Made by a program: the position numbers and the translations under genes. DNA of 63,825 nt, counting the filler, from Phoronis australis (taxonomy: Eukaryota; Animalia; Phoronida), in the NCBI GenBank assembly GCA_002633005.1. It is 8 parts of 8 records of this genome, joined end to end, with 100 filler letters (N's around TTAATTAATTAA, not from the genome) between each part and the next. Parts side by side here need not be neighbours in the genome. Positions count along the whole stretch, not along the records: positions 9,501 to 16,020 come from NMRA01002153.1; positions 16,121 to 40,470 come from NMRA01000061.1; 6 more parts are not named here. The stretch is one strand, 5' to 3'. The notes under the pieces are model-generated. The model was not told where the DNA came from. It did not search any database and saw nothing but the letters and a program-made list of their open reading frames with translations. This document shows, in pieces, positions 13,137 to 26,561 of this stretch; positions within the stretch are counted from its first letter, which is position 1, and the number at the start of each line of letters is the position of its first letter.

Positions 13137-14329
13137 TGATGATATCGAAGAGCTATTCTTGAAGAATGGTATTTCCAGTCGCTGGCGTTAACCAAATGAT
13201 AGCAGTTTATGATTTATAATACATGTGCTGCTTGGGATTCATTTATAGTTAAATTAGCAATACATTAAACATTTACTTGCATTAAATTGTGTTTTTTTTT
13301 CTTTTTCCATACATACTGTGACTCCATAAAGAGAAATTGCTGTTTGTTTGTAACTCAAATTGAAAAATGTTAAAAACCAGCTTTATTGCCATTTTACAGA
13401 CGCTCTCTCTGATTCCATTAAGTTGAAAATTCACACAATTAGTCAAAATTTATTCCCAAATGATACTCTGTCAATAAGACATAAGGCATTTTTTATATTT
13501 AAGTTTATTTTTATGTTTCTCATAGTGCTCCAACAAAATTGCCACTATTATAGTTGAATGGCAATAAACATCTGTACTGAACCTGCTTTTTCCTACTTTT
13601 TAACTTCGTTAAGGAAACAAATCCGAAGAATAATGAAGTAAGAATGCAGATGACTTTGTTTTATTTGTTTTTCAGTAACAATGATTTGTTGTTGAGTATG
13701 CTTGGTATTGTCAGATGAAGATTTTCTTGTTACCCGGTCTTTTGAAATATTATTTTTTTCCCTAAACAACATTCATGAATGAGTTATTATCTCTGCGGCG
13801 AAAGATGTTACAGGTGTGTTTCCGATGATGTGCCAGCAGTCACTGGTATGGTGCGCCGCTGTAGACGCTCTGCGGCTGGGTTTAAGATCTTATAGGCTTA
13901 ACTATCCCCAATTCCTGTACCAGGAAGATTTTCAAAAAGATGTTGACTTGTTTGGGTCATTACCACACAAAATTTGGGTGTGATCATTGGCCTCCAAGGA
14001 AACTTGTCCTTGTTGTATCAAGATCATGGAGTCTTATCGGCTTCTGTCTAGGAATCAATTTGGTTTTTCTTTTACCAACAATATTTTTTACCTTATAACA
14101 TGTAAAAAATGCTCTATCCAATAGGTAGGACAAACTCAAGATAATCTACAAATTTGGTTTGGTAATCATAGATTTAATATAATTCATAAAAGCATTTCTG
14201 GCACTATAGGTAATTATTTCAATTCCAAAAACCATAATCTTCAAGATCTTTCTGTACAAATGAAAACTCCAATACCCCAGTACCCCTCACAGACTCAAAA
14301 GAGAACAATTTTGGATAGACAAACTCAAT

Positions 14330-14630
14330 ACACTAGAACTTCATGCATTAAACATAAAAACTTCTTAAGTTAAATTGTATCATTGGATTTTTTTCTGCAA
14401 CAATGTATGATATTCATTACCCCACATCTTAAATGTCAATTGTCATATAGTGTTTGATTTTACTTTATTTCTGTTTCTGTTGACCAAGGATGTTGTAATT
14501 CGAAAACATTTTTTAGTTGATCCGTTCTTGATTTTTTATTTACCTATATATATTCTACATTTCGTGAAACAGTAGTATCCTTGAGAGGATCTGGATCGCC
14601 TTATTTAGTTTCAGATTTATTTTCTACCTG
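14330..14630. repeat. Dispersed repeat, unclassified; inverted copy at ~23995-24285
   Basis: Shared tatccttgagaggatctggatcgccttatttagtttcagatttattttctac and about 250 bp of similar flank. Confidence 0.75.
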
Positions 14631-14839
14631 GTTTTTCTTTAAGGATTTTGCTTTAGTAACAATGTCAACAACAAGTCCTCGAATTGTTGCAACACATACT
14701 AGTACTAGAATCGCAAAAATGGAACTTGTGGAAGGCTTCCTGAATAAGCCATCAACTCAAGTAAAAGCCAATGCGTGCTGGTGCCATTTTTATGCACCCA
14801 AATTACATTTATTTTGTGATCGCATATTGTCATCACTTT

Positions 14840-15975
14840 GTCAGGGTGTCCCGCTCGATAACTCAAAACACCTGGCTGGATTTTGACGAAATTTGGCACA
14901 AGGGTGTCGGACATAACTAGGACAGTTAATGCCACTTTTCAATATATCCTGGGGTCAGGGGAGTGCGTGGCTTTTTTCTGTATTTTTGAGGTAAGAGTGT
15001 TTCTGGACGATAGAGAACATATTGACAGGTTTCAATGAAACGTGAAACAAAGGTGTGTGACATCAATGCGCCGACCTACTTAAATTTTGTGGTGGATTCA
15101 ACGACTGCAGCAGCTCCCAGTGGCCATTTTGTTCTCGACAAGCAGCTTTTCAGTTTTTGTTTTGGGGAGAAGAGGGTTTCCGGATGTGATATCTATAGAA
15201 CTGTTTTTGGCAGATTTCAATTAAACTTGACACAGAGGTATATCATGGGACTGTGCCGGAACCATTTGATTTTCGGGTGGATTCGGCCACTGGAGTGGCC
15301 ATTTTGTGTGAGAGCGTTCATTTTTCTGGATATGTAGAAAACTGATTGAAGGATTTCAATGAAATTTAACAGGGAGAGATGTGATGTCAATTTGCCAGCA
15401 CCATTAAATTTTTGGACAGATCCGACTTCTGCAGCACCTCCTAGTGGTCGTTTTGTTCTCTACATGGGCTTTAATTAGTCGTGTTGTTTGGGAGAAGAGC
15501 TTTTCTGGATTTGATTGACGGATTTAATTGAAACTTTGCGCAGAGGTATATCAGAGAGATTGCGTCAGTCAGCACCACTCAATTTTCATGCGGATTTGAC
15601 TACTGCAGTGCCTCTCAGTGGCCAGTTCATGTGAAAGTGTTTCCGGATAATATGTAGAGCCGCGGTGAACTGAAGGATTTCAGTGAAACTTGACGCAGAG
15701 GCACTAATGTCAATGCTCGGCTATCATGAAATGTTCACACAGATTTGGCCATTGGAGCACCTCCTAGTGCCCATTTTGTTCTTGTCAAGTGATGTTTGGG
15801 AGAAGAGTGTTTCCGGCTGATATCAAGAGAATGAACTCAGCGATGGATTTCGAAAAAAACTTGACACTGTGGTACACAATGTCAATCGACAGCACCATAT
15901 GCTTTTGGGTGGATTCGACCACTGCAGGACCTTCTAGTGACTATTTTGGGGTATAACATTTCCAGATGATGTCTT
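14840..15975 (+). repeat. Diverged tandem array (~120-180-bp units), resembling Helentron/HINE-type internal repeats
   Basis: About seven recurrences of gtttc(c/t)gga...gatttcaatgaaacttg...ggattcgaccactgcag...tagtggccattttg. Confidence 0.6.
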
Positions 15976-18282
15976 TTAAAGGCCTATGGTCCGAGTTATA
16001 GAAGAAAAAACCTCTTAACGNNNNNNNNNNNNNNNNNNNNNNNNNNNNNNNNNNNNNNNNNNNNTTAATTAATTAANNNNNNNNNNNNNNNNNNNNNNNN
16101 NNNNNNNNNNNNNNNNNNNNGCATATACTATCTGAAACTCGTCAGTCAAATTAAGTCACTAGCTTTCACTAAGCTTTTACATACATCAGCACTCAGATAA
16201 GGCTTCGCGCTTTTAGTTAAGTGAGGTTGAGTGTATTATGAACTTTGAAGATGAAAACTGAAATACCAACATCTTTAAATAAATTGGACAACAAACTTTC
16301 AACCAAAACACTTACTAAATATACTAAACTTTATTGAAAAAATTACAAGTGTTGCTACATTGTATTTTGCATTTACCTCAGTTTCTACAATATCAAATTA
16401 ATAACAACTCGTTAAATCACTCAAACACCCCAGCAGATTATACGGGCGAACATGAAGTCCGGAGTACTCCTGGACATCAGTGGCTTTCAACTTCATTATT
16501 TTCCTAATTTGACCATTTTCCAGCGCCCTTCAAGGCAGCCAAGCGTGAAAAGAAACCTTTATCCTGCTGTGGTGTCAGCCAGCCTTCCTCCCTGAGCTGT
16601 GAAGTTATTTCAGAGTCTGGTTTGTTGTTCCACTTTCTGAAAAATGACAGGTAGTTTGTAACACTCTCGAATTATACACTTTTTGCAGAGCTTCGCAGAG
16701 CCCAGCCGCTACACACTGTCATTGCCTCTGAGTGATCCAATGATTTTAGCTGAGATAATTCATTTGAACCATGGCGTGTAATATGTAAAACGACCCTAAG
16801 TACAACCAGAAAATAACACTGTGGGTATTTGATTAATTTTTGACATCAAGAGAATGTCATATCCAGATCCTAAATATCGACATAGTGGGTCTCCTAAAAC
16901 ATGACGACACACTATGATTGCAAGAATTACATGATTCACCGACAAACAAAGTGAAAATTCATTGTGGCATGCAGGTTGTCAGTTAAAATAGGAATTTATA
17001 TCGCTATGCCTACATTATTCATCAATATATGAATAGGAAAAATACTGCCAGTAACGAACTAAAAAGAAGACTCATAACAACAATAATCGTTGTTGAAAAG
17101 TGAAAGTCAATGAGATGTTGCATTTTCCTCTTGTAACACGTGGCCATAGATGCACATAATCTCGGACTTAACTTAAAACTAACACAAACGCTACTGGTAA
17201 GTGGACTGAATAGCTCTGGGCTAGCCTGCACTCTAACAACGGCGACAGGATAGGTATGTCATTTGACTTAGGAACTCAAAACTGCTCATCAGTTGTTTGC
17301 AATGATGCTGGCATAATACTTTTGAATTTCACAGGTGGGGTCAAAAAAGCTCTGTCTATACTGTCCGAAAACAAGTACTGTAGCTAAATTTTTATTATAC
17401 ATGCAAGGTCACTCAGTTTATGAATTTCCTGAAAGAGAATCAGTAACTTGCACTGCGGGGTACTGTATTAGACTAACAATTGTTTTTTCTTGGGGTGCTA
17501 ACTGGTTCTCGAATCAGGTATCCATAAAACTGACTATTACCCCCAAAATGCTACCGCGATCAATTCGTATTCAATCAAAGTAGGCCTAGTAGTTATACTC
17601 ACTAGATCCAACAGGAAAGAACACATGCATTGACATTGTTGAGTTCCAGTGGAAGTAAGTTGACGTTAGAAATTTCAGCAAGCATCCCCACTCCAAGCTT
17701 GGCACGCAAGTTACTGCTAATTAAATGGGTGTTTGTGCCTTCTACTTGGTTCCACAGAATTCCAAAACGAGCCCGGTGTCTTGCCCTTGCCTTAGACGCA
17801 GTCACACAGGCGTGTCACAGGTCCGGTGAACACGCATTTGTAAATTGCCCGACTCTCGCCAAAATCAGTTGCCGAATAGTCTGAAGGTGTAGTGGCTTGG
17901 TACTCACTTTATGCTGCACCAAGATTCCACACATGAGCAAAGGATATTGTTTTGAGGTCACACACACTTCATCATATTCCATCATAGCAGTTAATATTGC
18001 AAGTCATTGTAGTCAGCAATTGTGCCACCACTTAAGTGACACGCGGAATATTAATGGAAATTGAAAGAATACCTTAAAGAAATGCTCCTGACTTAATGAA
18101 ACTGAACTAAGCATTAATAAACCAACATTTGAATCAAAACTGCCCTCTACTGGTGTTGTAGTGTTCCAAACAGGTATCAGCATTGTAGGTAACTTTCACT
18201 CCGGTGGTTGTCAACATCTTGCGATTCCTGCAGCAAAATGCTCTGCGCCAGAAGATTTTATTGTACCAATCAACATCACTAA

Positions 18283-21200
18283 TAGGCCAAGGGCCGTGCG
18301 CCACAGGAGGCCTAGAAAACCACTTCTGTAACCACATTAAGGGGACAATGTCATTCAAGTACTTTTGATGTCACAAATCATTGTATTTTAGGAATTAAAA
18401 AAGTTCCCACGTTTAAACTTACACATGTTTGCGAAATTTGATGTTAAAATAGTGCCAATTCAGCAACTTCTACATGGAATTAAAAACCTAGAAAAGAAGA
18501 AAATTAAGTGTCCATAAAGGATGATACTGCAGATAATATTCCTACAGACTGTATTAAGTCATAATAAACACATACGTTGTTGTATTTTTCAATTAAAATG
18601 TAGAATTATAGAAAAAATATGAATTTATGGGTGCTACCTGTTGGCGAAATATGGAACTACCATCCATAGCGTTTTATGCTGTTTTTATTGTTGGTAAAAT
18701 TATAATTATCAAACTGACTATGCCTCACCTTTATTTCAAGACACATTTACTAATCGGTTATACAAAAACAATCAGTAACACAAATCCAAAGCATACATGT
18801 ACAATTTGTCAAAAAATGAAGGAAAAAGGTATAGAATAACAATTGCAATCGGATGAAGTACAAAAGGCCGACAAATTAACAAGATAAAAAGCCATTACTA
18901 GAGACTTGAATATGATAATAGAAAAATGTTTCACAAATCATCAGGCCCACTGGGCCAGTTAATAGCCTGGGTTCTGTCTCTTGGGAAGGTGTATTTCTAA
19001 GTTCCTCTGGCTGAGATGCAAGTCCATCAAACCGTTACTCATCATCTGACTCAACTTCATCACTCACTTTGACATTTCCACCGTTTTAGCAATTGCACAA
19101 TTTAGTGCATTTTAGTCCAACATTTACACAAGAACAAATGTTTGTTTAACAACAGTTCACTCTGAATCAGGGTAAGGGAGTGTAGAATCGGGTAAACTCT
19201 CTGCAATTTTGATTTCAGATTTCCAGTTCGGACACATACATTACAACCTCTTTTCAACAAAGTTTCCTCGAGGAGTGACTTTAACAGAGGAAAAACCAAT
19301 ATTTCCCTATGAGAGATTATTTGTTGCTCCACAAATTCAAAGCAGAACTCTTGAAATACATCTGTGAAAATTTCACTGCTTTCCCTATAGCCAGATTTCT
19401 GTTTTGTCAGTAGTCTTGTGAAGCTTTTGTTGCACGAACGATGGCATTTGGCTTGAGTGCTACCAGATCTCTTCCCTGTACTCTGGTCAAAGGTTCCATG
19501 CCTTTTTCTGCCGTAGTAGCATCCAAAAACAACCCTCCTACAACCAACCAAGTTAAAAATTAAAACCGTTGTCACAGTTTCAAAATATGGAAAACGTTGC
19601 AGGCCTGTACTACAAAACGATAGATGTTGACATGCACTCAATTCTTTACTGAATGGAAGCACAAAGAATGATCAAAAGACAGGTAGAAAACACTCAAAGA
19701 AGTCGTGCATATACAGGGCCTAGCCAGCTGTGCTAAAAAGTGAAAAAGATACTCATGGGTTTGTATGCAACATGGTTTAAAAACAAATTTTTGTTTGAAA
19801 ATTAGCGCACAACTTCAGATATGCACACAAATCCTTACAATCATGCAAGTATTCTAAATTGTGCTTTCACCATTATAAAATGTGTTTTATCAAAAAACAT
19901 AAAAATGGAGCTTGTGAAGACAGTGTTCCAACAACACTGCACAAAATTAATTAACAAACTATGTTGAATGGGTAGAAACTCAATACAAATGACTGTTCTC
20001 AAAACATTTGCTATTTACTTGATTATTCTACTGAAATTCAGGCATCTATGCGCCTTATAGCAAAACCTGTGAGTAAAAGTAACTTAAAATGTAAAGGTGG
20101 TACTCCAAATATAGGTGCATTCTGTAGTCAATAGTTAAATTGATGGGCAATCACCTGGGGCCAGGGTGTAATCTCCAAACTCAGGCTCACAGCCTAACTA
20201 TCCACACAGCACAATTCAAGTTTACTCGAATTGTGGCATGCAATTGGTCAATTTTCGAGTTGAGCTTTGAGTATGGAGATTAGCTCTCCCCATCCCTGGA
20301 CATTGCAAAAAGTATAATTTTGATAGATATCTTACACCATCCCTGAGTTATGGTTACAGAGAAAAGAGCAATGCCAACAGAAGAAAATGTTCATCTTGTT
20401 ATTGGGTTATGTGTCCTACCTGCATTTGAATGCCATCACAGGGGCCTATTATTCAGTGAATTACCTGGATGCTCGATTCAAACACAAGCAGGCCAGACAC
20501 CAAATACAGGGAACACTTTCTTTTTACCAGTTGTGCATATGTGGGCTTTCCAGTCAGTTCGCAACTTAGCCAACTCGCACACATTAAGTCAACTCGTAAC
20601 CGTGCTAAACACATAATTACTAAATTTTAATTTTCGTTCACTAAATAACGGGTAATATTGAGTCGTTTTGCATAAATATGACACGATTGTGTGATATTAA
20701 TCACTGCTTTGCCAAATTAAATAGTTTTGAAATACTTTTGAAATTTGACTTGGATACGAGTTGACTTGGGTTTGAATTGACCTGGTTCTCATTGATGAAC
20801 TTACTACGCTGTCACTGACTCAGTGAATTGGGTCAATTTATCTACTCCCACAAATAATTAACACTCACCATCATCTTGATAGAAATCAGAGCGTTTTGTT
20901 CTCGGCATACTTTACAGTTTCGCAATCTTTCCTCATTGCTCTTTCAATCTTTGTAACGTCAATAAGCTTGTATAACATGATTTCTGATACTACTGCCTGT
21001 AGCTAACGCCAATCCGTGAAGTTACTTGATGCAAATGCCAACTGGTGACACCCATTGTGCTCATTACTGTCCTCATCTCCAAGGGAAAGACATTCTTTTA
21101 CACATGCAATGTTTTTTGCCCATGTCATTTTCCAGAAACTCAACAGATCAGACGAATTTACTCCTTTAAATTGTATGCAGCATTCATTGACAGCATCTCC

Positions 21201-21492
21201 TAAGGAAGCCGCCATGTTAGAATAGGTCTGTAGTTAATTTCTGAGCTTGTGATTGGCTTAAGATGTCATCTTGTGTTAGTCATTTGTTGGATTTAGCGCC
21301 ATCTCTTGTTCAATAATTTAACATTTGTACTTGCTAAAATAGTGTTTTTCTGCAAAAAATGTGCAACTTAAAACGTGGGATGTTTTCAGTTATCAATTGC
21401 TCATTGGTATATCTAGCCATGCAGAAAAAAATCAAGTTGCCCCCATAAAATTGTCACAGGATGAAAAGACTGGAGCTACGGCCCATGGCCTA
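18283..21492 (-). mobile_element. Internally deleted Academ-like DNA transposon
   Basis: TIRs TAGGCCAAGGGCCGT / ACGGCCCATGGCCTA with a 3-bp TAA duplication on both sides. Decayed coding exons at 20869-21215 and ~19020-19610 (RVQGRDLVA/frameshift/QAKCHRSCNKSFTR...VRTGNLKSKLQ). Confidence 0.65.
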
Positions 21493-22289
21493 TAAGATAG
21501 AAACGTCTTGCGTAAAAGCGTGGTGTTGATCAGCGTTGTGCTAGCTGAGATATACGGGCTCAAAATGTAGCAAAATTGCAATGCTTTGTTAACCTCCGAC
21601 CCCTCTATACTTTATCCCTGAATTTTTTAACTTAGCGGCATTTATAATGAGTATTCTTTCACATTTTTGTGAAGCCGAAACTTGCTTTTTTAAAATTACA
21701 AACAAATAATGATCTTGAGCAACGGTATTCATTAATATGTATTGCAAATAAGGCATTTTCGGTTAGTCCATTGCATGGTTAACCCCCAAAATAGAGGCTC
21801 CATAATTTCTTCCCCTTAAACAAGGTAATATCAGATTGGACTTTACTTTTTTGTTTAGCATCATAAGATAACAAAAATGCATAGCATGGTTCAAATCCGT
21901 GACATTGGGTTTATCAGCCCTCTGGGCATTTTCGCCTGCTGTGCGACGTACTTGACTCTTAAAAGGTTTTGAGGAATGATATTTCAAAGATGGGAGAAAA
22001 ATCAAGGTAAGTGCACCAAGTGTTTAACTCGTGATATGAAGGGTGGAGCTTGCTTCGCGATCGTGTTGGGCGTTTTGATAAGGACATTGCTAGAATAAAT
22101 ATTGATTAAGTAATTAGTAAGAATAGATCCATTTTAAGTTGCCCAAAATTTGTGCATATGTACATTTAAATCATGGGGGTCAGACTTGTTGACATGTATT
22201 ATAACGTCAAAATCTTTTAGGTGGTGTTTACAACCTTGGGTTCAGGGGTCAAAGTACTCTAGAGATTCTAGAATATTCTGAGAACAAAT

Positions 22290-22850
22290 TGTAACAGCCA
22301 ATAATACGAGTGGATATGATCATGTGGTTTTCATTAGCCAATCACTAAATAAGTAGAATATTATATTATGGGCTGAAATCAACAAGATAATTGGATGAGC
22401 TATAGCAGTTGAAGCATTAAGACTTGCTACAGTGTACAGAGGGAATTGTACGACAGAGCCATCTCGTGGAAGATTCTAGAAAGGATCTTGGCAAGGGCAA
22501 GGGTTAACGAACAGGAAGTTAACTAAGAGCTTGTCACTTGCATTGTGGGTAGTAAGATACTACCTGAAGTGTTGCGTCATCAGCCTGAGACTGTGACCAG
22601 CAACAAGAGTCGCAGGTAGACAAAATTGCTTTGCAAGTGTTGCATCACCAGAGACGGTGACCAGCGAGTACACTGTTGCTATACAGTGTGTGTAGTTCGA
22701 AGATTCACCAACAGTATAGTCCTCCAACAAGTGGAGAGTCCTAGCTTGGATAGCAGATAAGACATTTGATCGTTTTGGCTGCTTGATTAAAGTAATCTTT
22801 AAAGAGTGCGCTAGCGTAGTTACTCTTTGTAGTTGATTACTTAATTAACA
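22290..22850 (+). mobile_element. Possible solo LTR
   Basis: tgtaaca...ttaaca ends, CCAAT box, short internal direct repeats; no convincing TSD. Confidence 0.25.
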
Positions 22851-23006
22851 ATAGGTTTCATTTGTCTAATTAGGGGTTACCATATAATAAATTAATTACT
22901 GGATTTGATTATTCACTCTCCATCTACGCACAATCTAAAAGCTTAGCTACCTTTTAAACAAACCCACAGTCAAACATCTGACAGATATTAAGCAACAAGC
23001 ACTCAC

Positions 23007-23252
23007 TTGTCTTCGTTTCATTCTGATGTGAAACTTCGTCTGTATGATTCTTCTTCAAAGCTGTTACGACAACAATATACTTAGTTCCAGGAATCAAGCC
23101 AACACATGTGTAATTCCTTGCTGTACCGCTTGTATTGAAGTGATTGTCACCGCAAGAAACTCTGAAGCTGTCACAAGGTACAGATTTTTGCCAACGGACA
23201 TTTATTGTCGTTTCTGTCGTCTTTAACTCATAAATTGAAGGTCTGTCGGTGG
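23007..23252 (-). CDS. Fibronectin type III domain exon
   Basis: 246 nt, phase 1-1, tag/gtgagt, open frame: TTETTINVRWQKSVPCDSFRVSC...NYTCVGLIPGTKYIVVVTALK. Confidence 0.8.
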
Positions 23253-24879
23253 CTATAAATGTAGAAATACAGATAAAATTACAAACACTGATTTAGATAA
23301 CAAGACCAACCAGAGCCTCGATACGTGCTCAACGTGTGAATCCTATATGTCACTTAAGAGTAATTAGTTTAAACATTTCCAGAATGCAGAGAAGTGCAAT
23401 TAAACAAACTTGCCTAAAAGTGAATTCCACAAATATCGATCAACTAGTTTGGTAGATGCCTAAGCTGACATCAAGAAACAAAAATAAATTACTAGTGCCT
23501 TTTCTCTGGAGGACGCTGTCTAATCTCCAAAAACAATTTCACAAAAACCGCTCAACTCGTTTGGCGGAAAGACCTGGTAACCAAAAACTTGTTGCTGCAT
23601 TGCAAATTTCTTCGAACACCGTGGGGTCGTAGGCATAGGAGGGCACGTTCTAGCCAAAAAAATACAGCGTGAGGGTACACCATGGCAACTGACATACAGG
23701 TACGGGTTGGAGCGACCAACGAATGAAAGACACTAAAACTTGGAGAAGAGGGAAAATTCAGAGTATATGCCAACTGCCAGCTGCTAATTTGTCATTTCAG
23801 GGTCTTGACCAGGACATTATTTTTAGAGGAGCCACTCTTTCAGAAAAGGTTGTCTAAGCTCACTTTAAAACGTGGACCTTTAAGGGTAATGCATTCACGT
23901 ATTTCGAAACAAGCGAGGAAAACTATTTAAAGCATCATATTATCAGAAAATAATGATTCACTGGATTTTGAAAACAAAACTGATAATTCCAGACGTAGAA
24001 AATAAATCTGAAACTAAATAAGGCGATCCAGATCCTCTCAAGGATAATATTGTTCCACGAAATGTAGAATATATATTGGTATATAAAACAACAAGAATGG
24101 ATCTCCTGAAATTCTCGGATATAATAACATCCTTCGTCAACAGAAACAGAAATAAAGTAAAATCAAACACTATATAACAATTGACATTTAAGATGTGGCG
24201 TAACGAATGTGATACATTGTTGCACAAAAATCAATGATAGAATTTAAGAAATGTTTATGTTTAATCCATAAGGCTCTAGTATTGCTTGACTTCAACTTAT
24301 CTCATCTGCAAATTCAGTAGCATTTGTTGTAATCCAGACAAATATTTTTTCTACACCCTGCGAAAAAATCCCGGGTAATGAAAACGATTAACATTGTTTA
24401 GTTACCTCACTGACATAATTTTGATCAGTTGAAATAGCCGCTAAAACGAGTACGCAGCACGTTGGTTCCTTTTCCACGCACCCCTCTTAGGGCACAGTGG
24501 GCTCAAGTTATATCAACAGACTGAAATACTGTATAAAAGAGATATAAATGACGCAATCTATATATCCACGTACTCCCTTTGCAACATACTTAATAACAAT
24601 ATCTCATCAACCATAAAAACAACAAGAACAAGGACAAACCGTGGTTTAACAACAGAAGTAAGTCTGAAGTAGACAAAAGAAATGAGCTGTACGCATGGTT
24701 CAGATAATCTAGGAACCCTTTCACGTTTAAGTGTTACAAAGAGCAGTGCAAACGTGTGGGAGAACATATTAAAAAACAAAACAGGAGAAAATCTAATTAA
24801 GCTTACACGTTTAAGTGTTACAAAAAGCAGTGCAAACGTGCGGGATAACTTTTTAAAAAACAGAATAAGGCTATAACAT

Positions 24880-25239
24880 CAAAATAGTGCATCATCAACA
24901 ATATCTCCAAAAATTCTAAGGAATAATGGGATATAGTTAATGCTATTCGAGGACTGTTAAAGCAATCATCATATCCCATCATTCACAGGACGCCAACACT
25001 CAAGTGTCAACCAAAGCTGAAAATTAAGCTATTTCTAGATTATTTCACCTCCAACAGTCACATTGCACCAACAATATTTTTTCCACGTACAAGTCCAACC
25101 ACCTAAGGTCCGAAAACTACTAGAAAACTTTGGCGTAAACAAACACGACGCTACCGATCTAATAACTATTAAAGTGATCAAGGTAACAGCAATAGAGCTT
25201 ACAGGTCCTCTGACAATGTTACACAACAAAACACTATCA
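24880..25239 (+). mobile_element. Decayed LINE ORF2, segment 1 (pre-RT)
   Basis: VRKLLENFGVNKHDATDLITIKVIKVTAIELTGPLTMLHNKTL; interrupted by the Harbinger element. Confidence 0.7.
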
Positions 25240-25631
25240 GGGGCCCGTTCCAAGACTGACTTAAGTTCATTTTTGACTTAACTTTAAGACTTTTCTTAAG
25301 TTTTTGACTTAAGACAAATCCTAAGTTTATTTTGCGTTCCAAGAAACAATCTTAGCTAAGACTGACTTAAGTTTTTGTCTTAACTTTAAGTCAACTCTCA
25401 CCTTGTCTTAACTCGATCTTAAGTTTGTCAAAATGGCCGTATTCCACATTCGTCAGCGAAGAAATGAAAACCTAGGCAGAGTTTATCGAGAGCGTCTTCA
25501 ATACGACTCGTATGTTGACTGGTACCGGATGAACAAGGATGCAGTTGACTTATTATGCTCTTTTTTAAAAGACGACCTCGAGCCAGAAACTCGCAGGTGA
25601 TATTCACTTACAACTGAGCAGCAAGTCTCAG

Positions 25632-25659
25632 CATAGATTATAGACAACTATAGTCTATG
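25632..25659. mobile_element. 28-bp palindromic micro-element with 7-bp TSD
   Basis: gtctcag|catagattatagacaactatagtctatg|gtctcag; removing it with one TSD restores the transposase frame. Confidence 0.85.
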
Positions 25660-26251
25660 GTCTCAGTTGCGTTGCGGTTCTACGCCACTGGAAGCTTTCA
25701 AGCGGTCGTAGGTGATAGCCAAGGGGTGACTAAGTCGACCGTTTCAAGAACGATCACAAAAGTAACAAATGCCATCAACAATTCACCCGACTTGTCGCTC
25801 CCCAACTTGATCGACAACATCGATCTGTACCAGCGGCAATTCCATCAAGTCGCTGGCATTCCCCGTGTTGTGGGATGCGTAGATGGGTCACTAGTAGCGA
25901 TTAGAGCACCACAGCATGATGAGCAAACATTTGTTTGCAGAAAAGGCTTCCATGCCATAAACGTTCAAGAGGTTGCAGACCCCTTTTTAAGGTAATTATC
26001 CCAAGTTAATGTCCTTGCTAGAACAACGGAGACGTCTTAAATAACAGTGTAGGCTACTACTCGACACTATATGAACCGTTCAGTCCACAACGTAATTATA
26101 AACTTAAGCTGTTTGATTGACCTCACGTGCGACCAAGCAGTCTCTGTTATTGTCTTTGGATACAATGTATTACTGACTTCTGTCGCACGGGCTGTCACAC
26201 CATGGTGTATTAAAGAGGTACTATCTGATATTTCTTGGATGAAAAATTTAA

Positions 26252-26561
26252 AGGTGCACTATCCCGAATTCTTTAGTTGAGAAAATGTGGCCACTGTGAA
26301 TTCATACATGTAGTTCCTCGTGATAACATGTAACATGCAAAGCCTGCTTTTCTGAATCCCAAAAACTACCTACTAATTTAAAAAGGGGCTTACGCCGCAA
26401 ATACATAACTTGTATTTTGGCATGGAATGTGGGATGAATTGCACTTTAAATGAAATTGTCTCGAATGACATTGCATTTTCAATTTCAATTGTGAAAGTTG
26501 GTACTTCGATGCAAGACTTCACATTTTTAAAATTTTTGACACAAAAGTGTGTGTAGTCCAC
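26252..26561. mobile_element. TTAA-flanked (Kolobok-like) non-autonomous element in the transposase intron
   Basis: ttaa|aggtgcacta...tagtccac|ttaa. Confidence 0.5.

Noticed and set aside
17602-17880. Exon-like segment on the minus strand with AG/GT ends
   Set aside because: Stops occur in all three frames across the segment and no domain is recognisable.
18134-18358. 74-aa ORF
   Set aside because: It crosses the Academ-like element boundary at 18283, so it is chimeric.
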